Positions 9,205 to 19,399 of a stretch of DNA of 64,000 nucleotides are shown here, one piece after another (within the stretch, counting starts at the first letter, position 1; each line of letters begins with the position of its first letter). Source of the DNA: Cytophagaceae bacterium (lineage in GTDB: Bacteria > Bacteroidota > Bacteroidia > Cytophagales > Spirosomataceae); contig CANHGO010000002.1 of NCBI GenBank assembly GCA_947460975.1, forward strand, positions 132,427 through 196,426, written 5' to 3'. The notes beneath the pieces are model-generated. The model did no database searches. It saw nothing but the letters and a program-made list of their open reading frames with translations, and had not been told where the DNA came from. The translations under genes and the position numbers were made by a program.

Positions 9205-11010
9205 ATGAAAAAAGTCATTTATTTACTATTGTTGCCCTGGGTTTGTTGGGCCCAACAAACCATTACTCTGACAGATTTGAGTGCTTTTGATCATCCGAGT
9301 ACGAATTGGACCATTGAGCAAGTGATTAAAGCGCGACCTACGGATACGATCTTTCAAGTAAGCTCAGGAAAAGGGGTTTTATTAAACACGCTTCGTCATG
9401 GAAAATACAAGCGTACAGATGATTTAAAATTTAATTTAAATCATGGAGACATTCATTTTATGATGGATTTTATGCTTCCCAAAGGCGCTAATTCAGGCAT
9501 ATATTTACAAGGCCGATACGAAGTACAATTATTTGATTCATGGGGTAAAAAATCGCTAAAATTCGGCGACTGCGGTGGCATTTATGAACGCTGGGATGAT
9601 GCTCGTGGAAAAGGGAATGAAGGCTTCGAAGGTTTTGCCCCTAGACAAAATGCATGCAAAGCACCTGGTTTATGGCAATCGATCGAAATCGACTTTGAGG
9701 CGCCAAGATTTGATGCTTCAGGTAAAAAAATTAAAAATGCTGTTTTCAAAAAAGTTATCCTGAACGGAATATTGATTCAAGAAAATATCGAAATGTCTGG
9801 TGTGACTCGAGGGGCAATTTTTAGTAAAGAAGGTCCTTTAGGTCCTATTACTGTTCAAGGAGATCATGGACCTGTGGCATTTAAAAACATACGCTATGAG
9901 ACCTATGATAAGCCCAGCGCCAAATTAAGCAACATATCTTATCAGTATTATGAAGGAAAATTCCCTGAGCCAGTGATTGGACAAGCTGTCCCATTGATTA
10001 AAGGAAATTTAGCCGCTTTGACCCAAAAAGTGATCAAAGCGCGAAATGATTATTTGATTCATTATGTAGGGGATTTAGACATTCCTGAAACGGATAATTA
10101 TTCATTTCAGACCAATTGGACAGGGTCGGGCGTTTTGAAAATTGACGGAAAAGAATATAATTCAGGTGCCCACTGGTATACAGATGACGTTTTATCCACG
10201 GCTAATTTAACGGCTGGCAAGCATAAGTTTGAGCTTATCCATGTGAAAGATTTTAGCTGGGGCCCCAAGGCTTTGGGCGTTTTTGTCAAAAGAGTTGGAG
10301 CCCAAGTGGTTCCTTTACACGTACGGACTTCATTGCCTGATCCTGAACCTAAAGGTTTGATTGAGGTGAAAGCAAATTCAGAGCCAGTATATCAAAGATC
10401 TTTTACATTTCACCAAGGAAAGAAAAAGACGCACGTGATACATATGGGGGACCCTTCAGGACTTTCCTATTCCTATGATTTGAAACAAGGTGCTTTATTG
10501 CAAACATGGAAAGGCAAATTTTTAAATGCGACACAAATGTGGTTGGATCGAGGCGAGCCTCAAACCGCTGAGCCGATGGGATTAAATGTGGTTATGGATG
10601 GTAAATTTCCTTTGGTTTTAAGTAGTCAAGCCCAACCCGATTCCGTTGACGCAACTAAATTAGTTTACAAAGGATATAAGATATTGCATGGCAGACCGGT
10701 GTATATGTACGATTGGCCTGCTGCTTCTTTGAAGGTAGAAGATCACCTAAATCCGAATGAAAATGGGACTGGTTGGCTTAGAACGATCAATGTGATTGGC
10801 ACAAGTGCACAAAAATCCAATATTGAAGTGGTGGTCGGAAATAGTCCGGATGTCGTGGAAATCAATCCGGGCCTTTTGGCTTTACAAGGAATGGGGTATT
10901 ATGTTCAATGGGCTGGTGCTCCTGCCGTTATTTTGAATTCACAGGCCCCAGGAAAGCAAGTGAGAGTTCCTTTACAAGGAAATAGTTTTACATATCAATT
11001 GATTTGGTAA
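9205..11010 (+). CDS. Secreted DUF1080 (3-keto-glycoside hydrolase-like) protein with a PA14 domain
   Basis: Signal peptide; NSGIYLQGRYEVQLFDS and QGDHGPVAFKNI DUF1080 motifs; central PA14-like region. Confidence 0.8.
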   Translation: MKKVIYLLLLPWVCWAQQTITLTDLSAFDHPSTNWTIEQVIKARPTDTIFQVSSGKGVLLNTLRHGKYKRTDDLKFNLNHGDIHFMMDFMLPKGANSGIYLQGRYEVQLFDSWGKKSLKFGDCGGIYERWDDARGKGNEGFEGFAPRQNACKAPGLWQSIEIDFEAPRFDASGKKIKNAVFKKVILNGILIQENIEMSGVTRGAIFSKEGPLGPITVQGDHGPVAFKNIRYETYDKPSAKLSNISYQYYEGKFPEPVIGQAVPLIKGNLAALTQKVIKARNDYLIHYVGDLDIPETDNYSFQTNWTGSGVLKIDGKEYNSGAHWYTDDVLSTANLTAGKHKFELIHVKDFSWGPKALGVFVKRVGAQVVPLHVRTSLPDPEPKGLIEVKANSEPVYQRSFTFHQGKKKTHVIHMGDPSGLSYSYDLKQGALLQTWKGKFLNATQMWLDRGEPQTAEPMGLNVVMDGKFPLVLSSQAQPDSVDATKLVYKGYKILHGRPVYMYDWPAASLKVEDHLNPNENGTGWLRTINVIGTSAQKSNIEVVVGNSPDVVEINPGLLALQGMGYYVQWAGAPAVILNSQAPGKQVRVPLQGNSFTYQLIW

Positions 11011-11023
11011 CCTAGATAAGATC

Positions 11024-12886
11024 ATGAAATTAAAATTAAGCATTTTATTATTAGCCATTTCTGTGGCAGCTTTTGGGCAAAAGCCTGCTCCAAAAACAGA
11101 GCAAGATTTTTATGAAATAAAAACCTTACCTATTCCTCAAGACCTTTACTTAGAAGTGGGAGGTTTGGCAACCATGCCGGATGGCCGATTGGCTGTAAGT
11201 ACTCGGAGAGGGGAAATATGGATTGTTGAAAATCCTTATCAAAAGGATAGCCACCAAACGAATTATCGAAAATTTGCGAGTGGCTTGCATGAGATTTTAG
11301 GCTTAGCGTATAAGGATGGTGTCTTTTACTGCTCTCAACGTGGGGAATTGACAAAAATTACGGATACTAATCGTGATGGAGTGGCCGATTTATATGAGCC
11401 GATTTACCAATTCGAATTATCTGGTAATTATCATGAGTACACTTATGGACCTGTTTTTGATAAAAACGGGGATATGTTGGTGACCTTGAATTTAGCTTGG
11501 ATTGGCTTTGGTGAAGGAAAATTTGCCAAATGGCGCGGTTGGTTAGTCAAGATAAAACCCGATGGAACATTAGAACCACAGTCGGCAGGCCTGCGCTCCC
11601 CCGCTGGTTACAGCATTAATGACGAAGGCGATATTTTCTACGGTGAAAACCAAGGCGATTGGGTTGGCTCAGGTCGAATCACTCATTTGGCGAAAGGTGA
11701 TTTTGCGGGTAATCCTGGCGGAATCAAATGGGCAAAAGAACCAAATAGTCCTTTTAAATTGACTTTGGAGGAAATTCCGGATAATAGCCAACCGATGTTT
11801 GAGGCGGCTAAAAAAGTAAAAAACTTAAAACTACCTGCGGTTTGGTTTCCACATGCGATCATGGGAATTTCAACATCCGATATTATTCAGGATACGACTA
11901 AAGGAAAATTCAGTCCTTTCCCTGGTCAGTATTTTGTGGCAGACCAAGGACAATCTAAGGTGATGCGGGTGTTCATGGAAAAAGTGAATGGTGTTTACCA
12001 AGGATTTTGCATCAATTACCGTGAGGGATTTCAATCGGGCATTCTGCGTGAGCGTTTTGGCTTAGATGGTAGCATGTTTGTAGGAATGACCTCAAGGGGT
12101 TGGGGATCTACTGGGAAAGATAATTTTGGACTGCAACGCTTAGTTTGGAATGGATTAACGCCTTTTGAGATTAACACGATTCATGCCAAATCGGATGGAT
12201 TTGAGATTTCATTTACTCAGGCCGTTGATGTAAAATCAGTAAAGAACGCCGCTTCTTATGCGCTCAGGTCTTATATCTATCAATACCATCACCAATATGG
12301 AAGTCCCATTATTAATGTAAATGAGTTGAAGATCAAGGGAATTTCAGTTTCTCCAGATAAGAAAACCGTACGTATTTCGATGGACGGAATTAGGCAATTC
12401 TACATTCATGAGTTTATTTTGAAAGGTGTTTTAAATGAGGAGGGAGATCCTTTATTGCATGAAACGGCTTATTATACTTTGAACCAAATTCCTGCTGGAG
12501 ATAAAATGGCCATAAATGAATCTTCCGCGCCTGTTGTTGAAAAAGCGGTTACCGCGGTAGTTGAGCAACCAAAATTGGCGGTCAATGGCAAAAAGCAAGT
12601 TGTAACGGAAGCCCAAGCATTGGCCTTGTTAAAAAAGCACACTTGCTTAGCTTGTCATGCAAAAGATAAAAAAGTGATAGGTCCTTCTTATGAGGATATT
12701 GCTAAGCGGAAGTATTCGGACCAACAAATTTTGGCATTAGTGTATAAGCCTAATCCTCAAAACTGGCCTGATTATGCAACTGAAATGGCTCCAATGAGTC
12801 ATATTCCGGCTAATGATGTATTGAAAATTGCTTCTTGGATTAATAGCCTTGGAGCAAAAAATAAAGTGGAACCGAATCGGGATTAA
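11024..12886 (+). CDS. Secreted beta-propeller (glucose/sorbosone dehydrogenase-like) protein with a C-terminal class I cytochrome c
   Basis: Signal peptide; DTNRDGVAD, GLRSPAG and ENQGDW propeller motifs; CLACH heme-binding site with a candidate distal Met (TEMAPM). Confidence 0.75.
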   Translation: MKLKLSILLLAISVAAFGQKPAPKTEQDFYEIKTLPIPQDLYLEVGGLATMPDGRLAVSTRRGEIWIVENPYQKDSHQTNYRKFASGLHEILGLAYKDGVFYCSQRGELTKITDTNRDGVADLYEPIYQFELSGNYHEYTYGPVFDKNGDMLVTLNLAWIGFGEGKFAKWRGWLVKIKPDGTLEPQSAGLRSPAGYSINDEGDIFYGENQGDWVGSGRITHLAKGDFAGNPGGIKWAKEPNSPFKLTLEEIPDNSQPMFEAAKKVKNLKLPAVWFPHAIMGISTSDIIQDTTKGKFSPFPGQYFVADQGQSKVMRVFMEKVNGVYQGFCINYREGFQSGILRERFGLDGSMFVGMTSRGWGSTGKDNFGLQRLVWNGLTPFEINTIHAKSDGFEISFTQAVDVKSVKNAASYALRSYIYQYHHQYGSPIINVNELKIKGISVSPDKKTVRISMDGIRQFYIHEFILKGVLNEEGDPLLHETAYYTLNQIPAGDKMAINESSAPVVEKAVTAVVEQPKLAVNGKKQVVTEAQALALLKKHTCLACHAKDKKVIGPSYEDIAKRKYSDQQILALVYKPNPQNWPDYATEMAPMSHIPANDVLKIASWINSLGAKNKVEPNRD

Positions 12887-12903
12887 CCGTAGTCGGGAAA
12901 GCT

Positions 12904-12945
12904 CATAAAAAAAGGAACTCAAATTTTTGAGTTCCTTTTTTTATG
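12904..12945. terminator. Bidirectional intrinsic terminator
   Basis: Inverted repeat with 20-bp arms: CATAAAAAAAGGAACTCAAA-TT-TTTGAGTTCCTTTTTTTATG. Confidence 0.9.
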
Positions 12946-12960
12946 TAATGGAAAGAGTAA

Positions 12961-13338
12961 TTATTTTTTCGGTTCAACTGAGCCTTGAATGGTTAACACA
13001 ATTTGAGAAACCTCCCCATTGTTGACAACCGTAATCGTTTTGTTGAAACTTCCTGGACGTCCTGCTGAGTTATAAGATGCAGTCACCTTGCCTGATTTAC
13101 CTGGCATGATGGGTTCTCTAGTCCATTCTGGAGTGGTACATCCACATGATGGTTGAACATTTGAAATAACAACGGGTGCTTTACCTGTATTCGTAAACTC
13201 AAAACTGTATGTTGCTTGAGTTCCTTCCGTGATTTTTTTGAAATCGTGTGAAGTCGCTTTGAATTTAATCATCCCTTGCGCGTTCGATTGAAATGCAACG
13301 GCAATTAGTATGGCAATAATTCCTAAAAATTTCTTCAT
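12961..13338 (-). CDS. DUF1573 domain (Ig-like) secreted protein
   Basis: Signal peptide; F.FTNTG.APVVI..VQPSCGCT.P and PIMPG.SG motifs. Confidence 0.9.
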   Translation of the reverse strand: MKKFLGIIAILIAVAFQSNAQGMIKFKATSHDFKKITEGTQATYSFEFTNTGKAPVVISNVQPSCGCTTPEWTREPIMPGKSGKVTASYNSAGRPGSFNKTITVVNNGEVSQIVLTIQGSVEPKK

Positions 13339-13475
13339 GGTTTTTTATTTTTAATAATGTGTGGCAAATCTAAAACAAAGGGAAGATTCAACAAAAGAAT
13401 TAGGGTATTTTTTTATCAGACCTATGTTTTTGGCTCATGCTTAAAATGTTGTATTTTTGCATGTTAAATAAAATA

Positions 13476-15902
13476 ATGCCCTTGATTCCCCAGAATTCAT
13501 ATTCTTTTACTAAGTCGGAGCTTACATTTGATCCCAAAAAGATTCTGGAGGATTATCAACTCGCCGTGATAAGTCGGCAGTGTAGCTTATTAGTTAGGAA
13601 AGAAGTTTTTACGGGTCGGGCTAAATTTGGTATTTACGGAGATGGTAAGGAATTATGTCAAATAGCTTTAGCCCGCTCCATGCAAACAGGTGATTATATT
13701 TCTGGATATTATCGAGATCAGACCATTGGCGTGGCTGTTGGCGACTTAACCTGGCCTCAATATTTTGCTCAATTATATGGACATCCTGATATAAATTTTG
13801 ATCCACATTCAGGGGGTCGACAAATGAATAATCATCATGCTACGCGTTGGCTAGATGAACATGGGGAATGGAAAGACCAAACTTCTCGCATTAATTCCGT
13901 GGCAGGAATTTCATCAACAGCCGCGCAAACACCCAGAGCCTTAGGGATCGCTTATGCATCAAAATTATATCGAGAAAGACCCGATTTAACGGAGCATGCG
14001 ACTCTTTTTTCTAAAGGTGGACAGGAGGTTTGTTACACGACGATCGGAGATGCAAGTACTTCTGAGGGAATGTATTTTGAGTGCATTAATGCGGCAGGGG
14101 TTTTACAAGTGCCTATTATTTTTTCCGTTTGGGATGATGGATATGGTATTTCGGTGCCAATTGAATTCCAAACAACGAAGTCGTCTATTTCAAAGGCTTT
14201 GGCCGGTTTTCAGCGAAATGAAGATGGAAAAGGCTTAGAAATCATCGAAGTTAAAGCTTGGGATTATCCGGGATTATTGGCCGCCTATGTTCGGGCAGCT
14301 AAATTAGCTCGAGAAGAATTTGTTCCTTGCTTGGTTCATGTCATTGAATGTACTCAACCTCAGGGGCATTCAGCTTCAGGGTCACATGAGCGGTATAAGT
14401 CTACGGATCGATTGGCTTGGGAACATGAAGCAGATTGTAATTTATTGTTTCGACAATGGATTTTAGAAAATAAATATTCGGATGAGTCTACGCTAAAAGC
14501 GATCGACGACGCAGCCGTTATTGAGGCTAGAAAATATCAAAAGGATGCATTTGCAGCTTATATGTCTTCGGTGGATGTGGACCGAAAAGGTTATTTAAGG
14601 ATTGCACAAAATTTATTGGATTCCACGAACGAACCAAGTTTGTTGGAACCCATCATAGAAGAATTAAATCAAGTTACGTATCCCATTTTTAGTGATTTGG
14701 TTAAAGCTGGGAGAAAAACATTAAGAGCATTTCGTTTTTATCAAGGCCCTGCGGTTAAATTATTAAGGAAGTGGTTGACGGATTTGGAAGATAAAAATCG
14801 CAGAAGATTTAGTTCGCATCAAATGAGTGAATCGATTCATTCGCCATTGCTGGTGAAGGAGGTGAAACCTTTGTATGAAAAAGTGCCCCAACAAGTGGAT
14901 GGTCGCGAAATTTTAAATCAGAGTTTTTCTAATTTTTTAGAGGATCCTCGCGTGTTTATTTTAGGGGAGGATGTAGGAAAAATTGGAGATGTGAATCAAA
15001 CATTGGCTGGTTTACAAGATAAGTTTGGGCCCTTAAAAGTAACGGATACGGGTATTCGAGAAATAAGTTTAGTGGGTCAGGGAGTGGGCGCTTCGATGCG
15101 TGGCTTGAAGCCGATTGTCGAGATACAGTACTTAGACTATATTTTATACCCATTTCCTATTTTATCGGACGACTGGGCTTGCCTGCATTATCGGACAGTA
15201 GGTGGCCAAAAAGCGCCCATGATCTTAAGGACAAGGGGACATCGCTTGGAGGGTATTTGGCATTCAGGTAGCCCTATGGCCTTATTGATCAATGGGTTAC
15301 GAGGAGTACATTTTTGTGTACCTAGAAATATGACTCAGGCCGCAGGGATGTATCGGACTTTATTAATGGGCGATGATCCTGGTTTGGTCATCGAATGTTT
15401 AAATGGATATCGACTGAAAGAGCCTATGCCGACCAATTTATTGGATATTGTCGTGCCTTTAGGAATCCCAGAAATTTTAAGGGAGGGTGGAGATTTGACG
15501 GTGGTTACGTATGGATCCATGTGTCGCATTGTGATGGAGGCTGCAGAAACCTTGGCCGAAATGGGTATATCGGTGGAGGTCATCGACGTGCAAACCTTAT
15601 TGCCCTTTGACCGAAATCATCAGATTCTTTTATCTATTCAAAAAACGCATCGTGTCCTTTTTGCCGATGAAGATATGCCGGGTGGAGCTACGGCCTACAT
15701 GATGCAAGAGGTGATTGACAAACAGGGAGGATTTAATTGGTTGGATGCTCCAGCTAGATGTTTGTCGGCGCCCCCTCATCGACCTGCCTACAGTTCAGAC
15801 GGTGATTATTTCAGTAAACCTAATGTAGAAAATGTAGTGGATACTGTTTATGAGATGATGCGTGAGGTGGATCCAACATCCTTTCCAGCTATTTATTTTT
15901 AA
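13476..15902 (+). CDS. 2-oxoacid (probably branched-chain) dehydrogenase E1, alpha+beta fusion
   Basis: TPP motif GDASTSEG...N, GEDV and EIQYLDY motifs, transketolase C domain. Start moved from 13437 to 13476 because a TATTTTTG -7 box lies at 13452-13459. Confidence 0.88.
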   Translation: MPLIPQNSYSFTKSELTFDPKKILEDYQLAVISRQCSLLVRKEVFTGRAKFGIYGDGKELCQIALARSMQTGDYISGYYRDQTIGVAVGDLTWPQYFAQLYGHPDINFDPHSGGRQMNNHHATRWLDEHGEWKDQTSRINSVAGISSTAAQTPRALGIAYASKLYRERPDLTEHATLFSKGGQEVCYTTIGDASTSEGMYFECINAAGVLQVPIIFSVWDDGYGISVPIEFQTTKSSISKALAGFQRNEDGKGLEIIEVKAWDYPGLLAAYVRAAKLAREEFVPCLVHVIECTQPQGHSASGSHERYKSTDRLAWEHEADCNLLFRQWILENKYSDESTLKAIDDAAVIEARKYQKDAFAAYMSSVDVDRKGYLRIAQNLLDSTNEPSLLEPIIEELNQVTYPIFSDLVKAGRKTLRAFRFYQGPAVKLLRKWLTDLEDKNRRRFSSHQMSESIHSPLLVKEVKPLYEKVPQQVDGREILNQSFSNFLEDPRVFILGEDVGKIGDVNQTLAGLQDKFGPLKVTDTGIREISLVGQGVGASMRGLKPIVEIQYLDYILYPFPILSDDWACLHYRTVGGQKAPMILRTRGHRLEGIWHSGSPMALLINGLRGVHFCVPRNMTQAAGMYRTLLMGDDPGLVIECLNGYRLKEPMPTNLLDIVVPLGIPEILREGGDLTVVTYGSMCRIVMEAAETLAEMGISVEVIDVQTLLPFDRNHQILLSIQKTHRVLFADEDMPGGATAYMMQEVIDKQGGFNWLDAPARCLSAPPHRPAYSSDGDYFSKPNVENVVDTVYEMMREVDPTSFPAIYF

Positions 15903-15903
15903 T

Positions 15904-16719
15904 ATGTCAGCGATCTCTTTGTACTTTAAGGCAATTTTATCTGGGGTGCAAAGCACTCGCAATGGAATGGCTTTGACATGGAAACATGCATGGTCTGCCA
16001 GAAAATCACGGAAAGTCCAACAAATTCAAGATCCTCAATATTTTAATGCAAGTGAAAATACGGGGATTTTTACCTTGGAATATCCGCATCAAAAAATACC
16101 GGTTCCGGTCAATGGAAGATACCAATTGCACAATGAGATGGACGATTGCATCGTTTGCGATAAATGTGTCAAAGTATGTCCCGTGGATTGCATTGAAATT
16201 GATCCCATTAAAGCGACGGGCCTTGTTGGACATACCTCAGACGGATCCCCTATTCGACTGTATGCAGCAAAATTTGACATCGATATGTCAAAATGTTGTT
16301 TCTGTGGTTTGTGTACCACAGTTTGCCCCACGGAATGTTTGACGATGACATCTGAATATGATTTTTCGGTTTTTGATGTGAAGGAACATACGTTTGGTTT
16401 TGCGAATTTAACTAAGGAGCAGGCGGATGAAAAAAGGCAACTGTATGAGCAGTTTGTCGCTGAAAAGGAGGCGATGAAAGCTTCCGCGTCCGTTTCAACT
16501 GAATCATTAGTTGAGAAAGAAGGCGATGAGAAACCAGCAGCTAAGCCAGCATTTAAGCCTAGTTTTAAGCCGAAAATGCCAGGTGCGAAAATAGAGGAAT
16601 CAATTCCTCCTGTAGCTGATAATCCGGCGACTGAGCCTGAGAAACCAGCAGCTAAGCTAGCATTTAAGCCTAGTTTTAAGCCGAAGATTCCTCCCAAAAC
16701 GCAAGATGATCATGAATAG
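15904..16719 (+). CDS. nuoI: NADH-quinone oxidoreductase subunit I with a Pro/Lys-rich tail
   Basis: Two CxxCxxCxxxCP motifs (CIVCDKCVKVCP, CCFCGLCTTVCP); precedes nuoJ and nuoK; ATG at 15904 preferred. Confidence 0.85.
   Translation: MSAISLYFKAILSGVQSTRNGMALTWKHAWSARKSRKVQQIQDPQYFNASENTGIFTLEYPHQKIPVPVNGRYQLHNEMDDCIVCDKCVKVCPVDCIEIDPIKATGLVGHTSDGSPIRLYAAKFDIDMSKCCFCGLCTTVCPTECLTMTSEYDFSVFDVKEHTFGFANLTKEQADEKRQLYEQFVAEKEAMKASASVSTESLVEKEGDEKPAAKPAFKPSFKPKMPGAKIEESIPPVADNPATEPEKPAAKLAFKPSFKPKIPPKTQDDHE
16527..16685 (+). repeat. 48-nt direct repeat (2 copies, 1 mismatch) in the nuoI tail
   Basis: Copies at 16527-16574 and 16638-16685 encode EKPAAK(P/L)AFKPSFKPK. Confidence 0.9.
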
Positions 16720-17224
16720 TCCCTTGATGATTGGTTTTTTGGCCTTAACTATTTTGACCTGTGGAAGTGCATTTTTCATGTTGTGGACTAAAAATGTTTT
16801 GCACGCGGCGTTAGCCATGTTCATGACGATGCTTGGTTTAGCCGGATTTTATGTATTGGCTTTTGCGGATGTTATGGCGGTGTCGCATTTAATGATTTAT
16901 GTGGGTGGTGTTTTGATTTTGATTTTGTTTGGGATTATGATGACGAGCCAACGAACTTCTAAATCGGGACAGGCTAATGAACTTTGGACCGAACAAAAAG
17001 GTAGGTTCTGGGCATTTTTTATTGGCCTTACTGTTTTTTTTGGTTTGTCTTGGTTACTGGGGCAGCAACATTTTTATGCGTTTTCTGACATAGATGAATA
17101 TTCAAAACTGGGCCGAGTAGGTTTAAGTTTCATGCTTGAGTATTCTTTTCCCTTTGAGTTGACAGGTGTATTTTTATTGATTGCATTAGTGGGCGCTACC
17201 TATATCGCTAAAAATCATGAATGA
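16706..17224 (+). CDS. nuoJ: NADH-quinone oxidoreductase subunit J
   Basis: Hydrophobic; IYVGGVLILILFGIMM and FPFELTGVFLLIALVGA motifs. Confidence 0.9.
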   Translation: MIMNSPLMIGFLALTILTCGSAFFMLWTKNVLHAALAMFMTMLGLAGFYVLAFADVMAVSHLMIYVGGVLILILFGIMMTSQRTSKSGQANELWTEQKGRFWAFFIGLTVFFGLSWLLGQQHFYAFSDIDEYSKLGRVGLSFMLEYSFPFELTGVFLLIALVGATYIAKNHE

Positions 17225-17522
17225 AATTCCATTGATATTTTTCTTGTGGGTCGGGGCATTTTTGTTTGCCACGGGTCTTTCCATTATACTAATTAAGCGG
17301 AACGTTATTTTTGTATTAATGGGGGTGGAATTAATGTTGAATGCAGCTAATTTAAACTTGATTGCATTCTCACAAGGGGATGAGCAAAACCAAGGTTTGA
17401 TGATGGGTTTGTTTGTTTTGGTGATCGGTGTTTGCGAGATGTCCATCGCATTGGCTATTATCTTGCAGGTTTACCGGAGATTCAAAAAGATTGATATTGA
17501 CCAATTTCAATCTAGAAATTAA
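17217..17522 (+). CDS. nuoK: NADH-quinone oxidoreductase subunit K
   Basis: 101 aa, 3 TM helices, RN.I..LMGVELMLNAANLNL motif. Confidence 0.93.
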   Translation: MNEIPLIFFLWVGAFLFATGLSIILIKRNVIFVLMGVELMLNAANLNLIAFSQGDEQNQGLMMGLFVLVIGVCEMSIALAIILQVYRRFKKIDIDQFQSRN

Positions 17523-19336
17523 TTTTTCTCATCGAGCCAGATTTTCAGTTGGCTTATCAACGCAGGTGTTTTTGCCTTTCCAATCACTTTTTCGAGTTCT
17601 GTGATGGGTGCGTCCAACATATTTCGGGTGGTCCCAAATTGCTTCAATAATTTTTGCGCGGTCAATTTTCCTATCCCCTCCATTTCTTCTAGTTGGCTTA
17701 CAATGAAATTTTTGCTTCGTTTATTCCGATGTGCGGTGATTCCAAAACGGTGGGCTTCATCTCGAAGCCGTTGGATTAATTTCAAAGACTCTGATTTCTT
17801 GTCAATGTAAAGTGGCAAGGTGTCCTCCGGAAAATATATTTCTTCTAGTCGCTTCGCGATACCGATGATGGGTATTTTCCCATATAGGCCAATGGCCTTG
17901 AGTGCGTCACAAGCGGAAGATAGTTGGCCTTTGCCGCCATCCACAATGATAAGATTAGGCAATTCAGATTCCTCTTCCAACAATCTTTTGTAGCGACGAG
18001 TGACGACTTCAAACATGGTGGCAAAGTCATTGGGCCCCTCAACAGTCTTGGGAGTAAATAATCGGTATTTCTTTTTTGCTGGGAGACCATTTAAAAAACA
18101 AACCATGGCGGATACGGGATTGGTACCTTGGAGATTTGAATTATCAAAACATTCGATATGTTTGGGTAATTGGGTTAGGCGTAAATCATTTTTCAACGTC
18201 AGGAGGACTCTCATTTTTCGATCTCCTCCACTTTCTTCCGCCGCTTTTCGATCGGCTTTTTCCTTTTTGAAGTAGAGCACATTTTTAAGCGACATGTCGA
18301 GCAACTTTTTCTTATCGCTCATGGCTGGGATTGTATTTTTGACTCCTTTAAATTCGAGCGCCATGGGAATGTTGGTGATAATTTCTTTTGCCTCGCTTTG
18401 AAATTGTTCTCTTTTTTCCCAGATGAGCATGGTTAATAAATCACTTTCGTCTTCATTCAATTTTTTCTTGGTCTCCCAAGTTTGAGATTGGGTAATCGTT
18501 CCGTTGATTACCTTCATGAAATTGATGTAGGCGACTTGTTCATCAGATACGATTGAGAAAACATCGACATCATGAATGGCTGGATTGACTACGGTAGACT
18601 TAGCTTGGTAGTTTTCGAGCAATTGCCATTTTTCTTTATATTCTTGCGCTTCCTCGAAGGCCAATCGTCCAGCTGCGTTTTGCATTTTTTCGTGGAAGTA
18701 GTTTTTGGGCTTTTGATAATGTCCTTTGAGGATGTGTTGAATGGAATCGATGTATTCTAAATAAATAGTTTCTGATTGCAAACCTTCACAGGGTCCTTTG
18801 CAGTTGCCAATATGATATTCTAAACAGACTTTGAATTTTCCCTGTTCGATGTTGGCCGGTTTTAAGGCCAGCGAGCAAGTACGAAGGGGGTAGAGTTGGT
18901 GCAATAGCTCCAACAAAGCATTCATGGATTTTGGGTTTGCAAAAGGCCCAAAATAGGTTCCTGCTTGGTGATCAATGCGCCTCGTCGATATGAGTTTAGG
19001 AAAATGCTCTTTGGTGATGCATAAAAAGGGATAGGTCTTATCATCTCTTAAAAGGATATTGTACTTTGGCTGAAACTGCTTGATGAGGGTATTTTCCAAC
19101 AAAAGCGCATCAAATTCTGAATGCACGATGGTGAATTCAACGCGTCTAATTTGTTGAACGAGTCGCCTTGTTTTGGTATCTTGATTTTTTTGATTGGTAA
19201 AATAGCTGCTAATTCGATTCTTTAAATTTTTTGCTTTCCCAATATAAATTATGGTGTCTGCTTCATCAAAGTAACGATAGACCCCAGGATCTTCTGGGAG
19301 AGTAGGCAGCAGTAATTTTACATCCAATTCGTACAT
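17519..19336 (-). CDS. uvrC: Excinuclease ABC subunit C
   Basis: GIY-YIG domain (PGVY...YIGKAKNL), ECFDNSN, VDGGKGQ, RDEAHRFG and HhH motifs. Confidence 0.97.
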   Translation of the reverse strand: MYELDVKLLLPTLPEDPGVYRYFDEADTIIYIGKAKNLKNRISSYFTNQKNQDTKTRRLVQQIRRVEFTIVHSEFDALLLENTLIKQFQPKYNILLRDDKTYPFLCITKEHFPKLISTRRIDHQAGTYFGPFANPKSMNALLELLHQLYPLRTCSLALKPANIEQGKFKVCLEYHIGNCKGPCEGLQSETIYLEYIDSIQHILKGHYQKPKNYFHEKMQNAAGRLAFEEAQEYKEKWQLLENYQAKSTVVNPAIHDVDVFSIVSDEQVAYINFMKVINGTITQSQTWETKKKLNEDESDLLTMLIWEKREQFQSEAKEIITNIPMALEFKGVKNTIPAMSDKKKLLDMSLKNVLYFKKEKADRKAAEESGGDRKMRVLLTLKNDLRLTQLPKHIECFDNSNLQGTNPVSAMVCFLNGLPAKKKYRLFTPKTVEGPNDFATMFEVVTRRYKRLLEEESELPNLIIVDGGKGQLSSACDALKAIGLYGKIPIIGIAKRLEEIYFPEDTLPLYIDKKSESLKLIQRLRDEAHRFGITAHRNKRSKNFIVSQLEEMEGIGKLTAQKLLKQFGTTRNMLDAPITELEKVIGKAKTPALISQLKIWLDEKN

Positions 19337-19399
19337 CGACTCAAAATAGGTAATTATTTAAAGTAAGAGAACTATACTAATTATATCGCGCCCTATTCA

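Noticed and set aside
16089-16697. 202-aa antisense ORF containing a repeated GIFGLKLGLNA motif
   Set aside because: It is a shadow of nuoI; the repeat is the reverse complement of the nuoI tail duplication.
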